From contig JANNUK010000199.1 of assembly GCA_031395155.1 (NCBI GenBank), positions 1 through 32,706 on the forward strand: a stretch of DNA of 32,706 nt. Direction: 5' to 3'. This DNA is from Chloroflexota bacterium (GTDB taxonomy: Bacteria; Chloroflexota; Limnocylindria; Limnocylindrales; CSP1-4). The notes beneath the pieces were generated by a model. It worked only from the letters and a program-made list of their open reading frames with translations, was not told the origin of the DNA and made no database searches. Numbering within the stretch: position 1 is the first letter of the stretch; each line of letters opens with the position of its first letter. Positions 19,264-27,050 of the stretch are shown one piece after another. The position numbers were made by a program, and so were the translations under genes.

Positions 19264-19447
19264 CCGATGCCTCCTGCTGTCCCATGGCTCGTTCCTGGCC
19301 GGGCCGATTATCGGCGCTGGGGGACCCGACGATGAGGCTTCCTCGCGCCGCCGACGACGTCCGGCTTGCGCGATCGGCGTCAAGATCGACCTCGCGGTCG
19401 TCGATCCCACATCGACCGCTCTGACCCTGCTCGAGGAGGTGATCCCG

Positions 19448-20515
19448 TTGGCTCCCCCATCGCCGCGCCTGACACCCGGTGGCCCGCTCGAGGTCGTCGC
19501 AGCGCACACCCTGTTCGAGCATCGGCCCATCGGCCGACGGTCGGCGGCGAGTGTCGTGCGGATCGAGTCCACCGGGCGACTCCTGATGTGCTTCTCGGAG
19601 GTGGCCGGCGCGGCATTGCGCAACCAGGCCGCGCTGATGGTCAGCCAATCGGACGACGATGGGGCGACCTGGTCGGAGGCACTCCCGGTGTTCGCCTATC
19701 CCGGCTGGTTCTGTCTGGCGATGGGCGGCCTTGCGCGACTCGCGGACGACGATGTGAAGCTGATCATGGGCCGGATCCTCATCGATGTGTCGATCGGTGG
19801 GACCGAGCCGATGACGGGCTGGTGGGTCGCCTCCAGCACGAGCCGCGATGCGGGTGAAAGCTGGTCGGAGCCATCGCCCGAAATCCGACTCTTCCCCCAT
19901 TGGACCGAGCTCTACGGCGCCAGCAACCCGCACCCGCTGTCCGATGGCCGCCTGCTCTGGGCGGTCATGGGGACCATGGGCCGCGACATCGGCTGGCATG
20001 CCGGGGTCAGCGTCAGTGACGCGGCCGGTGATACGTTCGGGCCACCGACGATCATTGCCCAGGCCGATGGGCTCGATTACAGCGATATCGATGTCGCCCG
20101 GCTCGATGACGGTCGATTCCTCGCGGTGATCCGCGAGCACCAGACGCGCCAGAGCGTGTGGTCGACCTCAGAGGACGAGGGTGCGACGTGGTCGGCGATC
20201 CGCCCCACACCGTTCAAGGGCTCGAACATCAAGCTGTTCCGATTGCGGTCGGGCGCGATCCTGTGCGCCTATCGCGACGAGGAGCCTGCCCAGCGCGGGG
20301 TCAGCGTCTCCCTGACCCGGGACCGCGGCGCTTCGTGGACCTCGCTGGGACAGCTGTACGCCGCCGGACCGGACTCGCTCCATGAGCCCGGCAGCGTGTG
20401 CGGCTACCCGGACCTCGTGGCTCTCGGCGGCGACGAGATCGGAGCGGTCCTCCACACGTATCCCACGTCGGATGGCATTGAGCTGCACTGGCTCCGGTTG
20501 CGCGACCGCTCCTGA
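19448..20515 (+). CDS. BNR/Asp-box beta-propeller protein (sialidase-like), cytoplasmic
   Basis: Asp-boxes SDDDGATW, SRDAGESW, SDAAGDTF, SEDEGATW, TRDRGASW, plus C-terminal CGYP. Start likely TTG 19448 (or GTG 19439) behind GAGGAGG. Confidence 0.8.
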   Translation: MAPPSPRLTPGGPLEVVAAHTLFEHRPIGRRSAASVVRIESTGRLLMCFSEVAGAALRNQAALMVSQSDDDGATWSEALPVFAYPGWFCLAMGGLARLADDDVKLIMGRILIDVSIGGTEPMTGWWVASSTSRDAGESWSEPSPEIRLFPHWTELYGASNPHPLSDGRLLWAVMGTMGRDIGWHAGVSVSDAAGDTFGPPTIIAQADGLDYSDIDVARLDDGRFLAVIREHQTRQSVWSTSEDEGATWSAIRPTPFKGSNIKLFRLRSGAILCAYRDEEPAQRGVSVSLTRDRGASWTSLGQLYAAGPDSLHEPGSVCGYPDLVALGGDEIGAVLHTYPTSDGIELHWLRLRDRS

Positions 20516-20524
20516 GTCCGCGGT

Positions 20525-21712
20525 TCAGAGCGGGACCGAACAGTCCACCTCGCGGTCGGCGTCGAGCAACGGCCGGAGGCGCAGCTCGACCTCCGCGGCG
20601 CGGTGGATCGTGCCGCCCACGATGGTCAGCACGGGCTGCAGGCGCGTCGTGACGGTCCGCCGCGTCCCCTGGGCGTCGGCGAGTTCGACCGGCGTCGTGT
20701 CGAGCCGGAGCACGCTGATGTCAGCCGGAGCGCCCGGTCGCAGCGATCCAAGATCGGGCCGACTCAGGATCGACGCCGGGCCGGACGTGGTGGCCGCAAT
20801 CACCTCCCCGAGCGAGGATCCGATGGCCAGATATCTCGACATCGTCGTGGGCAGGTCGACCACCGGACGCTCGATGGAGAACCGATGCAGGTCGGTGCTG
20901 ATGGCATCGGGTCCAAATCCTTCGGCCAGCGCCTGGGCAGCCGTCCGCCACGAGAAGCTCCCGCAGCCGTGCCCCACGTCGAAGTAGACGCCCCGCCGAC
21001 GAGCCTCATGGGCCTCCGCCATGAGCCGACCATCCGTGCCGAGAATTCCGGGGCCCGACGCCGTGAATGCGTGCGTCACCACGTCCCCCGCGCGCAGCCG
21101 GGTCAGGACCGCACGAACGTCGGCGCCTTCGGCGATGTGCGCCATGATCGGCGTGCCGGCCGATCGCGCCGCGGCGAGGGCGGCATCAAGGGCCGCGTCG
21201 ACGTTCGCGCCGCATGCTCCCGTGCCCAATCGGACCTTCACGCCGACCGTGACGTCGCGGTGCGCCTCGATCGTGGCCGCCGTCTCGACTGGTCTGGCGT
21301 ACCGAATGTCCTCGAGCTCGCCGACGACGGTCGTCGCCAGTCCCGCGGCGGCGACATGGACGAACGCCAGGACACGCACGGGCGAGCGGTCGATCGTCTG
21401 CTGGCGGAACGCGCCGAAGTTGGCGAAACCGGCGGTTCCGGCATCGACTGCCGTGGTGACGGCGCCGAGGAGGTTCGCCAGCGGATCGATCCCATACGGG
21501 CTGCCCTCGTACCAATGCCCATGAAGGTCGATCAGACCGGGCACGACCAGCAGGCCGGCCACATCCACCACGCGCTCGTCCGGCCCCGCGGCACGGACAC
21601 CGGGTGGATCGATCGACGCGATGCGCCCGTCCTCGATCGTGAGCTCGAAGTTGCCGTCGATCCTCTGGCCGGGATCCACGACGCGGCCGCCCCGCAGGGT
21701 CACGCGGTCCAT
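20525..21712 (-). CDS. Amidohydrolase/deacetylase, dihydroorotase-like (Atu3266/EF_0837 type)
   Basis: LRGGRVVDP, PGLIDLHGH, VTTAVDAGTAG..NF, GVKVR, MAHI, GDVVTH, DVGHGCGSFSW, ISTDLH. ATG 21712 behind an AGGAGA RBS. Confidence 0.88.
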   Translation of the reverse strand: MDRVTLRGGRVVDPGQRIDGNFELTIEDGRIASIDPPGVRAAGPDERVVDVAGLLVVPGLIDLHGHWYEGSPYGIDPLANLLGAVTTAVDAGTAGFANFGAFRQQTIDRSPVRVLAFVHVAAAGLATTVVGELEDIRYARPVETAATIEAHRDVTVGVKVRLGTGACGANVDAALDAALAAARSAGTPIMAHIAEGADVRAVLTRLRAGDVVTHAFTASGPGILGTDGRLMAEAHEARRRGVYFDVGHGCGSFSWRTAAQALAEGFGPDAISTDLHRFSIERPVVDLPTTMSRYLAIGSSLGEVIAATTSGPASILSRPDLGSLRPGAPADISVLRLDTTPVELADAQGTRRTVTTRLQPVLTIVGGTIHRAAEVELRLRPLLDADREVDCSVPL

Positions 21713-21798
21713 GCATCTCTCCTGACAGGGTCGCTCTGCCGTACGATCGGGCCCACGGCCGTCCCGGCCGCCCATCGTATCGACCGACGAGGAGCCGC

Positions 21799-22977
21799 GT
21801 GACCATCTACTCCCAGATCGGTGTCAGGACGGTCGTGAACGCTCGCGGCAATGCGACGCTCGCGGGCGGGACGCTCATGGCGCCCGAGGTCGTCGCGGCG
21901 ATGGCGGAGGCCGCTCGCTCATTCGTGCGCATCGGCGACCTCCAGGACGCGGCCAGCGAGCTCATCGCGGAGCTGACCGGTGCGGAAGCCGGTTACGTCA
22001 CATCCGGTGCCGCGGCCGCGCTCACGCTCGGCTCGGCCGCGATGCTGGCCGGGCTCGACCCGGACCGCATGGACCGGCTGCCAGAGACGAGCGAGCGGCC
22101 ATCGGAAATCCTCGTGCAGGTGTCGCATCGCAACCCCTACGACCATGCGCTGCGCGCTGCGGGAGCCCGCCTCGTGGAGTTCGGCGGTCCGGGCGGCGGC
22201 AGCGCGGAAGAGATGGCGGCGCAGATCGGGCCCGCGACCGTCGGGGCGTTCTTCCACGGCCAGGCGGAGTCCGCCGGCCTGCCGATCGCCGACCTGGCGA
22301 TGGTCGCTCATGCCCACGGGTTGCCGGTCCTCGTCGATGCGTCGATGAACCTGCCTCCGCGCGCCGACCTGCGCCGATTCATCGACGCCGGTGCGGATCT
22401 CGTCGCGTTCAGCGGCGGCAAGACCATCGGCGGGCCACAGGCGTCGGGCTTCCTGGCCGGTCGTCGCGACCTCCTGCTCTCGGTGGGTCTCCAGCAGCAG
22501 GACATGGACGTCCTGCCGGCGACCTGGGCGAAGCGCTCCCTGCTCGAAGCCGGCCGCCTGTCCCGACCGCCACAGCACGGGATCGGGCGCTCGATGAAGA
22601 CGGGCAAGGAAGAGATCGTCGGTCTGCTGGTGGCGCTGCGGCGCTACGCGGACCGGGACGAGGCGGCGGAACGACGGCGCTGGCTCACGCTCACCGATCG
22701 GCTCGCCGTGGGATTGGCCCAGATCCCGGGACTGACCTGCGTGGTCGAGCCCGCCCAGGCCGATGGCCGGCCGGTCCCGATGACCGTGGTCCGGGTCGAT
22801 GCAGGCGCGTACGGGCGAACGGCAGTCGAGCTCGTCCGGGCCTTCGAGACGCTCGATCCGATCGTGATGCTGGGCGATCACGAGGCGGAGACGGGGATCC
22901 TTCGACTGGACCCCGAGAACCTTGACGAGACGGCGGTCGATGCCGTCATCGAGGCCTTCCGCAGCGGCGCATCGTAG
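21799..22977 (+). CDS. SelA-like PLP-dependent enzyme (DgaE / D-glucosaminate ammonia-lyase-like family)
   Basis: IYSQIGVRTVVNARGNATLAGG, GAEAGYVTSGAAAALTL, HRNPYD, VLVDAS, GADLVAFSGGK (PLP Lys), GIGRSMKTGKEEIVG. GAGGAG RBS. Lacks the N-terminal tRNA-binding extension of true SelA. Confidence 0.88.
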   Translation: MTIYSQIGVRTVVNARGNATLAGGTLMAPEVVAAMAEAARSFVRIGDLQDAASELIAELTGAEAGYVTSGAAAALTLGSAAMLAGLDPDRMDRLPETSERPSEILVQVSHRNPYDHALRAAGARLVEFGGPGGGSAEEMAAQIGPATVGAFFHGQAESAGLPIADLAMVAHAHGLPVLVDASMNLPPRADLRRFIDAGADLVAFSGGKTIGGPQASGFLAGRRDLLLSVGLQQQDMDVLPATWAKRSLLEAGRLSRPPQHGIGRSMKTGKEEIVGLLVALRRYADRDEAAERRRWLTLTDRLAVGLAQIPGLTCVVEPAQADGRPVPMTVVRVDAGAYGRTAVELVRAFETLDPIVMLGDHEAETGILRLDPENLDETAVDAVIEAFRSGAS

Positions 22978-23012
22978 GAGGCAGCGCCGGATCGCCGAAG
23001 CGGCAACATCGG

Positions 23013-24287
23013 TCAGACCAGCGGGTGGCCCGCGCGGACGACAACTCGACCGCCCTGCACCACATCGCGGACGCGACGGAGGGCGGATAGATCGGAGCTC
23101 GGGTCGCCATCGACTGCCACGAGATCGGCCATGAGCCCGGGGCGGATCGCCCCGACGGTCGCCCCGAGTCCCAGGGCCTCGGCCGCATCGACAGTGATCG
23201 TCGCGATGGCCCGCCACGGGTCGAACCCGAGCAGGCGGGCGTAGACCTGGGCGCTGCACGCGACGGAGTCGAACGTCACGATCGGCATGCCCATCCCCAT
23301 CCCGCCGATGAAGCGGACGCCGCGGTCGACCATGTCGCGCATGATGGCGAGCCTGGGCTCGAGGTCGCTCGGCACGTCGGGCAGTGCCCAGTGGTCGAAC
23401 TCAGGTTTGGTTGCCCGTTCGGCGTCGTGATGCTCCCGGTGCAATTCCACCTCGCCGATCGTGGGGTCCACCCAGATCCCGCGTGCCGCGATCTGGTCCG
23501 CGACGTCCGGGTCGTAGGCGTACGCGCGATCCCGGATCGGGTGCTCCGTCCACCAGACGCCACCGTGGATGATGGTGTCGACGCCGGCCTCGGTGCAGAT
23601 ACGGTTGCTGGCCGCAGTCAGCGAGTGAGCCAGGACCGGCAGCCCGAGTCGATGCGCCTCGGCCACGGCAGCCCGCATCGTCTCGATGCCGTACTGCTGG
23701 GACCGCGGATTGGAGGTCGGCGTGTAGCCACCACCCGACGCGATGATCTTCACGCCGTCGACATCGCGCTTGCGGAGCTCGCGGATCCGGCGCACGACGT
23801 CATCGGTCGTGTCGGCCTCGCCGCCCAGGAACCAATAGTGACCGGCGGTCGTGGTGATCGGCGCCCCGACGACCAGGAGGCGCGGACCCACGGCGGTGCC
23901 GTCGCGGGTGGCCGACCGCAGCGCGAGTGCCACGTCCTCCCGGCTTCCGGTGTCGCGGGCGGTCGTCGCACCGGAGACGAGCAGCCGGCGCATGTTCGTG
24001 GTGGCCCGGATGAGCATCCGCTCCACCGATTCGGGTCGGGCGATCTCCCGGTAGTCGAGCGGCGCCGGGAAGTGCATGTGGATGTGCGTCTCGATGAAGC
24101 CGGGCAGAATCGAGACGTCGCCCAGGTCGTGCATCTCATGGGTCGCACCGGCATCACTCGGGAGCGTGGCGCGGGCGACCACCGATAGGATCCGACCGTC
24201 GACCACCACGATGGCATGGTCCGATAGCCACCCATCGAGCGCCGCTGCCGCGACCCGCGCCGCGAGGAAGATCTGCCTGGTCGCCAA
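23013..24287 (-). CDS. Metal-dependent amidohydrolase fold protein, prolidase-like subgroup (beta-8 Asp absent)
   Basis: PGFIETHIH, SGATTARDTG, TAGHY, VKIIASGG, LAH, IIHG. Has GGMGMG where GTDxG is expected. TTG start behind AGGAGA. Confidence 0.85.
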   Translation of the reverse strand: MATRQIFLAARVAAAALDGWLSDHAIVVVDGRILSVVARATLPSDAGATHEMHDLGDVSILPGFIETHIHMHFPAPLDYREIARPESVERMLIRATTNMRRLLVSGATTARDTGSREDVALALRSATRDGTAVGPRLLVVGAPITTTAGHYWFLGGEADTTDDVVRRIRELRKRDVDGVKIIASGGGYTPTSNPRSQQYGIETMRAAVAEAHRLGLPVLAHSLTAASNRICTEAGVDTIIHGGVWWTEHPIRDRAYAYDPDVADQIAARGIWVDPTIGEVELHREHHDAERATKPEFDHWALPDVPSDLEPRLAIMRDMVDRGVRFIGGMGMGMPIVTFDSVACSAQVYARLLGFDPWRAIATITVDAAEALGLGATVGAIRPGLMADLVAVDGDPSSDLSALRRVRDVVQGGRVVVRAGHPLV

Positions 24288-24376
24288 ACCGCGCTCTCCT
24301 ACAGGCCCGGCCGTGGGTCGGCCGAGCCGATAGAGTAGCCGCCCCAGGTCACCTCACATCGAGCAGAGGGAGTGCG

Positions 24377-25153
24377 ATGACGAAGCCGAAGGTCCTGATC
24401 ACCGGTGCGAGTGGGCTGATCGGTGGCCTCGTCCGCCGGGAGCTGGCCGACCGGTACGACTTCAGTGGGCTGAGCCGTCACGCGGTCGCCGGCATGCCGT
24501 ACACCGAGGCGACGGTCACCGACCTCCAGGCGGTCCGCGGCGCCGTCGCGGGCATGGAGATGGTGCTCCACCTCGCCGGCGAAACGAAGAACGACGACGA
24601 TTGGGATGACCACTTCCAGGTGACCGCCGGTGGCACGATCAACGTCCTTCGGGCAGCGGCCGATGCGGGCGTGCGGCGGGTCGTCTTCATGAGTACCGGC
24701 AGCACCATGTGTGGCTGGGAGTGGGACGACGGCTTTCCGTACGGCCGACTCGCCCGGGGCGAACGCGACGTGCCGGCATGGGATCTCCTGGACCACACGA
24801 CCCCGCCTCGACCGGACAGCCCATACGGGGTCGCCAAGTTGTTCGGCGAGGCCGCCGCACGGTGGTTTTCGGACCGCACCGCGCTCAGCGTCCTGGTCAT
24901 CCGCCTGGGCGCAGTGCTCGCGTCGAACCGACCCCAGCTGGTTCGACACTTCCCCGGCTTCCTTGCCCAGGAGGATGCCGTCCAGATGATCGATCGCTGC
25001 CTTGCGGCGCCCGAGTCGGTCAGGTTCGGCATCTTCGACGCGATCTCCGAGAACAGCACCCGCTGGCGGGACACATCGCCGGCGAAGGACGTCCTCGGCT
25101 GGCGGCCAACCGGATCGTCCGACCGTTTCGATCCGACCGAGCTCGACCGCTGA
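24377..25153 (+). CDS. NAD-dependent epimerase/dehydratase-fold SDR, uronate dehydrogenase-like
   Basis: ITGASGLIG, VLHLAG, RRVVFMST, PRPDSPYGVAKLFGE (YxxxK), IRLG, ISEN..RW.D. Size (258 aa) and motifs resemble Udh. Confidence 0.8.
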   Translation: MTKPKVLITGASGLIGGLVRRELADRYDFSGLSRHAVAGMPYTEATVTDLQAVRGAVAGMEMVLHLAGETKNDDDWDDHFQVTAGGTINVLRAAADAGVRRVVFMSTGSTMCGWEWDDGFPYGRLARGERDVPAWDLLDHTTPPRPDSPYGVAKLFGEAAARWFSDRTALSVLVIRLGAVLASNRPQLVRHFPGFLAQEDAVQMIDRCLAAPESVRFGIFDAISENSTRWRDTSPAKDVLGWRPTGSSDRFDPTELDR

Positions 25154-25191
25154 CCATCGGGGCTGTGTTGTAGCCACGTTGTAACTTGCGC

Positions 25192-25204
25192 ATGGTGTTA
25201 CCAT
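25192..25204. promoter_or_regulatory. Palindrome ATGGT-GTT-ACCAT (FadR-type TGGT-N3-ACCA box candidate)
   Basis: Perfect 5-bp inverted repeat in the AT-richer intergenic region upstream of the ABC binding-protein gene. Confidence 0.3.
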
Positions 25205-25207
25205 CCC

Positions 25208-25255
25208 GCTTGCGAAAGATAGGGGCGTAAACCCGCCCCTCAGGTTGTCGCAAGC
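25208..25255 (+). other. Nested stem-loop in the 5' leader of the ABC substrate-binding protein gene
   Basis: Outer stem GCTTGCGA (25208-25215) / TCGCAAGC (25248-25255). Inner stem AGGGGCG (25221-25227) / CGCCCCT (25234-25240). Ends 7 nt before the GGAGGAGG RBS. Confidence 0.5.
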
Positions 25256-25277
25256 CAATCTTGGAGGAGGGCGGCCC

Positions 25278-26969
25278 GTGGCCATTCATCGTCTACGTCC
25301 GCGCACCGGCATGTTGCTGGCCGCGGTCATCGTGTTGGCGGCATGCGGTCAGGCGATCACGTCGCCCAGCGCCACCGCGGACCCGAGCAGCGGCACCCCG
25401 ACGGTGGCACCGACCGATTCCCCGAGCGGCGGCATCATGACCGCAGCCTGGATCGGACCGTGCTGTCTCGACGTCGACACCAACAACCCGTTGTCCGCCG
25501 GTGGCGACGCCCACTGGTGGAGCAAGATCCACGGCCGGCTCGTGACCTACTCGGTCAAGGACGGCGCCTACGATCAGCTCGTCCCAGAACTCGCCGAATC
25601 GTGGACCACGAGCACCGACGGCCTCGTCTGGACGATCAAGCTCCGCGACGGCGTCAAGTGGCATGACGGCGAAGCCTTCACCGCGGAGGACGTGAAGTAC
25701 TCGATCGAGATCTGCCTCGATCCCAAGGGCGGCGGCTGTTCGAACGCCGGGACCCTGAACCCGATCGCCGGCGCCAAGGCATTCCAGGACGGCGCTGCCG
25801 AGGTCAGCGGCGTCAAGGTCGTCGACCCGCTCACGATCGAAATCACGACGTCCGTCAAATCAGCCAACCTGATCGACGGGTTCGCCGAGACGTGGATCAT
25901 GCCGAAGCACTCGCTCGGCTTGATCCCGACGTCGGAGCACAAGACCACCGACTGGTGGACCACCAAGAACATCGGCGTCGGTCCGTTCAAGTGGAAGGCA
26001 TACACGCCGGGCCAGTCGATCGAACTCGAACGCTTTGAAGACTATTGGCGCGGAGCTCCCAAGCTGGACGGCATCATCCGCCGCCAGTTCAAGGACACGG
26101 CCACGGCACTGCTCGCGTTCGAGAATGGCGAGATCGACTTCACCTACGTCACCGGCGACGAGGTCGCCCGCATGCGTGAGAGCACCCTCGGGACCATCTT
26201 CGAAGGTCCTTCGGGAGTCGACAACGAGATCTCGTTCAACCAGGCCAAACACCCGGAGTTCGCGAACGTCGATGTCCGACAGGCCATGCTCCTGGCCATC
26301 GACCGCAACGCGATCATCGAGAACATCTATGGCGGCTCTGCGCAGCTGGTCCCGTGCCTCTACGGGCTCCCGAGCCTGACCGGCAGCGTTGAGGCCCAGG
26401 GCTACGATCCCGCGGCGGCGAAGGCCCTGCTGGACGGCGCCGGGGTCACCATGAAGGCGGAGTACATCTTCGACACGTACTACAACGATCCGCTCTCGGC
26501 CAACGTGATGACGGCCATCCAGACGAACTGGAAGGACAACCTCGGCATCACGGTCAAGCTCCAGCCGATGGATGGGGCTGCCTGGACAACCCGCTACTAC
26601 GACAACGGAGAATTCGACATCGCCTTCGCCGGAGCCGCCAACGGCCCGACGGGACAGCGGGCCTTCACCTACTTCCACTCTTCGGCACTCTGGCCGAACG
26701 GCGGGAACGGGTTCAAGGGCTTCCACTACAACATCCCGGCCCTGGATGCGGCCCTTGAGGCAGCCGGAGCCGAGTTCGACAAGGCCAAGCAGGGTGACCT
26801 GTACGCGGAGGCCTGTCAGATCATGCATGACGAGCTCCCGTGGCTGTTCATGTGGCAGACCGTGCGCTACCACATCGTCAGCAACAAGCTCCAGAACGTG
26901 ATCCTGATCCCCGCAGCTGGTGGCGGCTCGTATTACGATGCCGTCGAAACCTGGACCAAGACTCCGTAG
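25278..26969 (+). CDS. ABC transporter substrate-binding lipoprotein, family 5 (OppA/DppA-like)
   Basis: GTG 25278 behind GGAGGAGG. Signal peptide with lipobox LAAC, Ser/Pro/Thr linker, PELAESW, LRDGVKWHDGEAFTAEDVKYS, GVGPFK, VRQAM..AIDR, YDPAAAKALL. Confidence 0.93.
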   Translation: MAIHRLRPRTGMLLAAVIVLAACGQAITSPSATADPSSGTPTVAPTDSPSGGIMTAAWIGPCCLDVDTNNPLSAGGDAHWWSKIHGRLVTYSVKDGAYDQLVPELAESWTTSTDGLVWTIKLRDGVKWHDGEAFTAEDVKYSIEICLDPKGGGCSNAGTLNPIAGAKAFQDGAAEVSGVKVVDPLTIEITTSVKSANLIDGFAETWIMPKHSLGLIPTSEHKTTDWWTTKNIGVGPFKWKAYTPGQSIELERFEDYWRGAPKLDGIIRRQFKDTATALLAFENGEIDFTYVTGDEVARMRESTLGTIFEGPSGVDNEISFNQAKHPEFANVDVRQAMLLAIDRNAIIENIYGGSAQLVPCLYGLPSLTGSVEAQGYDPAAAKALLDGAGVTMKAEYIFDTYYNDPLSANVMTAIQTNWKDNLGITVKLQPMDGAAWTTRYYDNGEFDIAFAGAANGPTGQRAFTYFHSSALWPNGGNGFKGFHYNIPALDAALEAAGAEFDKAKQGDLYAEACQIMHDELPWLFMWQTVRYHIVSNKLQNVILIPAAGGGSYYDAVETWTKTP

Positions 26970-26991
26970 TCGCCTCGCGACTCGGATGACC

Positions 26992-27021
26992 AGGGGGCGG
27001 AGGCAACAACCTCCGCCCCCT
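26992..27021 (+). terminator. Strong GC-rich hairpin between SBP and permease genes (partial terminator / mRNA-stabilising stem-loop)
   Basis: Perfect 12-bp stem AGGGGGCGGAGG-CAACAA-CCTCCGCCCCCT with only a weak U-tract. This is a typical position for stoichiometry control in ABC operons. Confidence 0.7.
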
Positions 27022-27050
27022 TCCTCATTGTCGGACCCGCGTGGAGGATC

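Noticed and set aside
20525-21712. Pyrimidine-biosynthetic dihydroorotase (pyrC)
   Set aside because: Motifs (DAGTAG, DVGHG.GSF, ISTDLH) match the Atu3266/EF_0837 deacetylase-like group, and no pyr genes are nearby.
21755-21772. Short CGGCCG-based inverted repeats in intergenic regions (also near 1914-1926 and 24308-24324)
   Set aside because: Very short GC-only stems, expected by chance at this GC content, with no U-tract or consistent spacing.
21799-22977. Selenocysteine synthase SelA / selenium system
   Set aside because: Shorter SelA-like type with a DgaE-like N-terminus and GRxMKxGKE motif. No selB, selD, tRNA-Sec or in-frame TGA selenoprotein is evident in the window.
25200-25260. c-di-GMP-I riboswitch resemblance (CGAAAGA...GGGGCGTAAACC)
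   Set aside because: Only superficial: no GGCAAAC-type 5' element, and GAAA is not closing a tetraloop stem. Kept only as a generic structured leader pending an Rfam scan.
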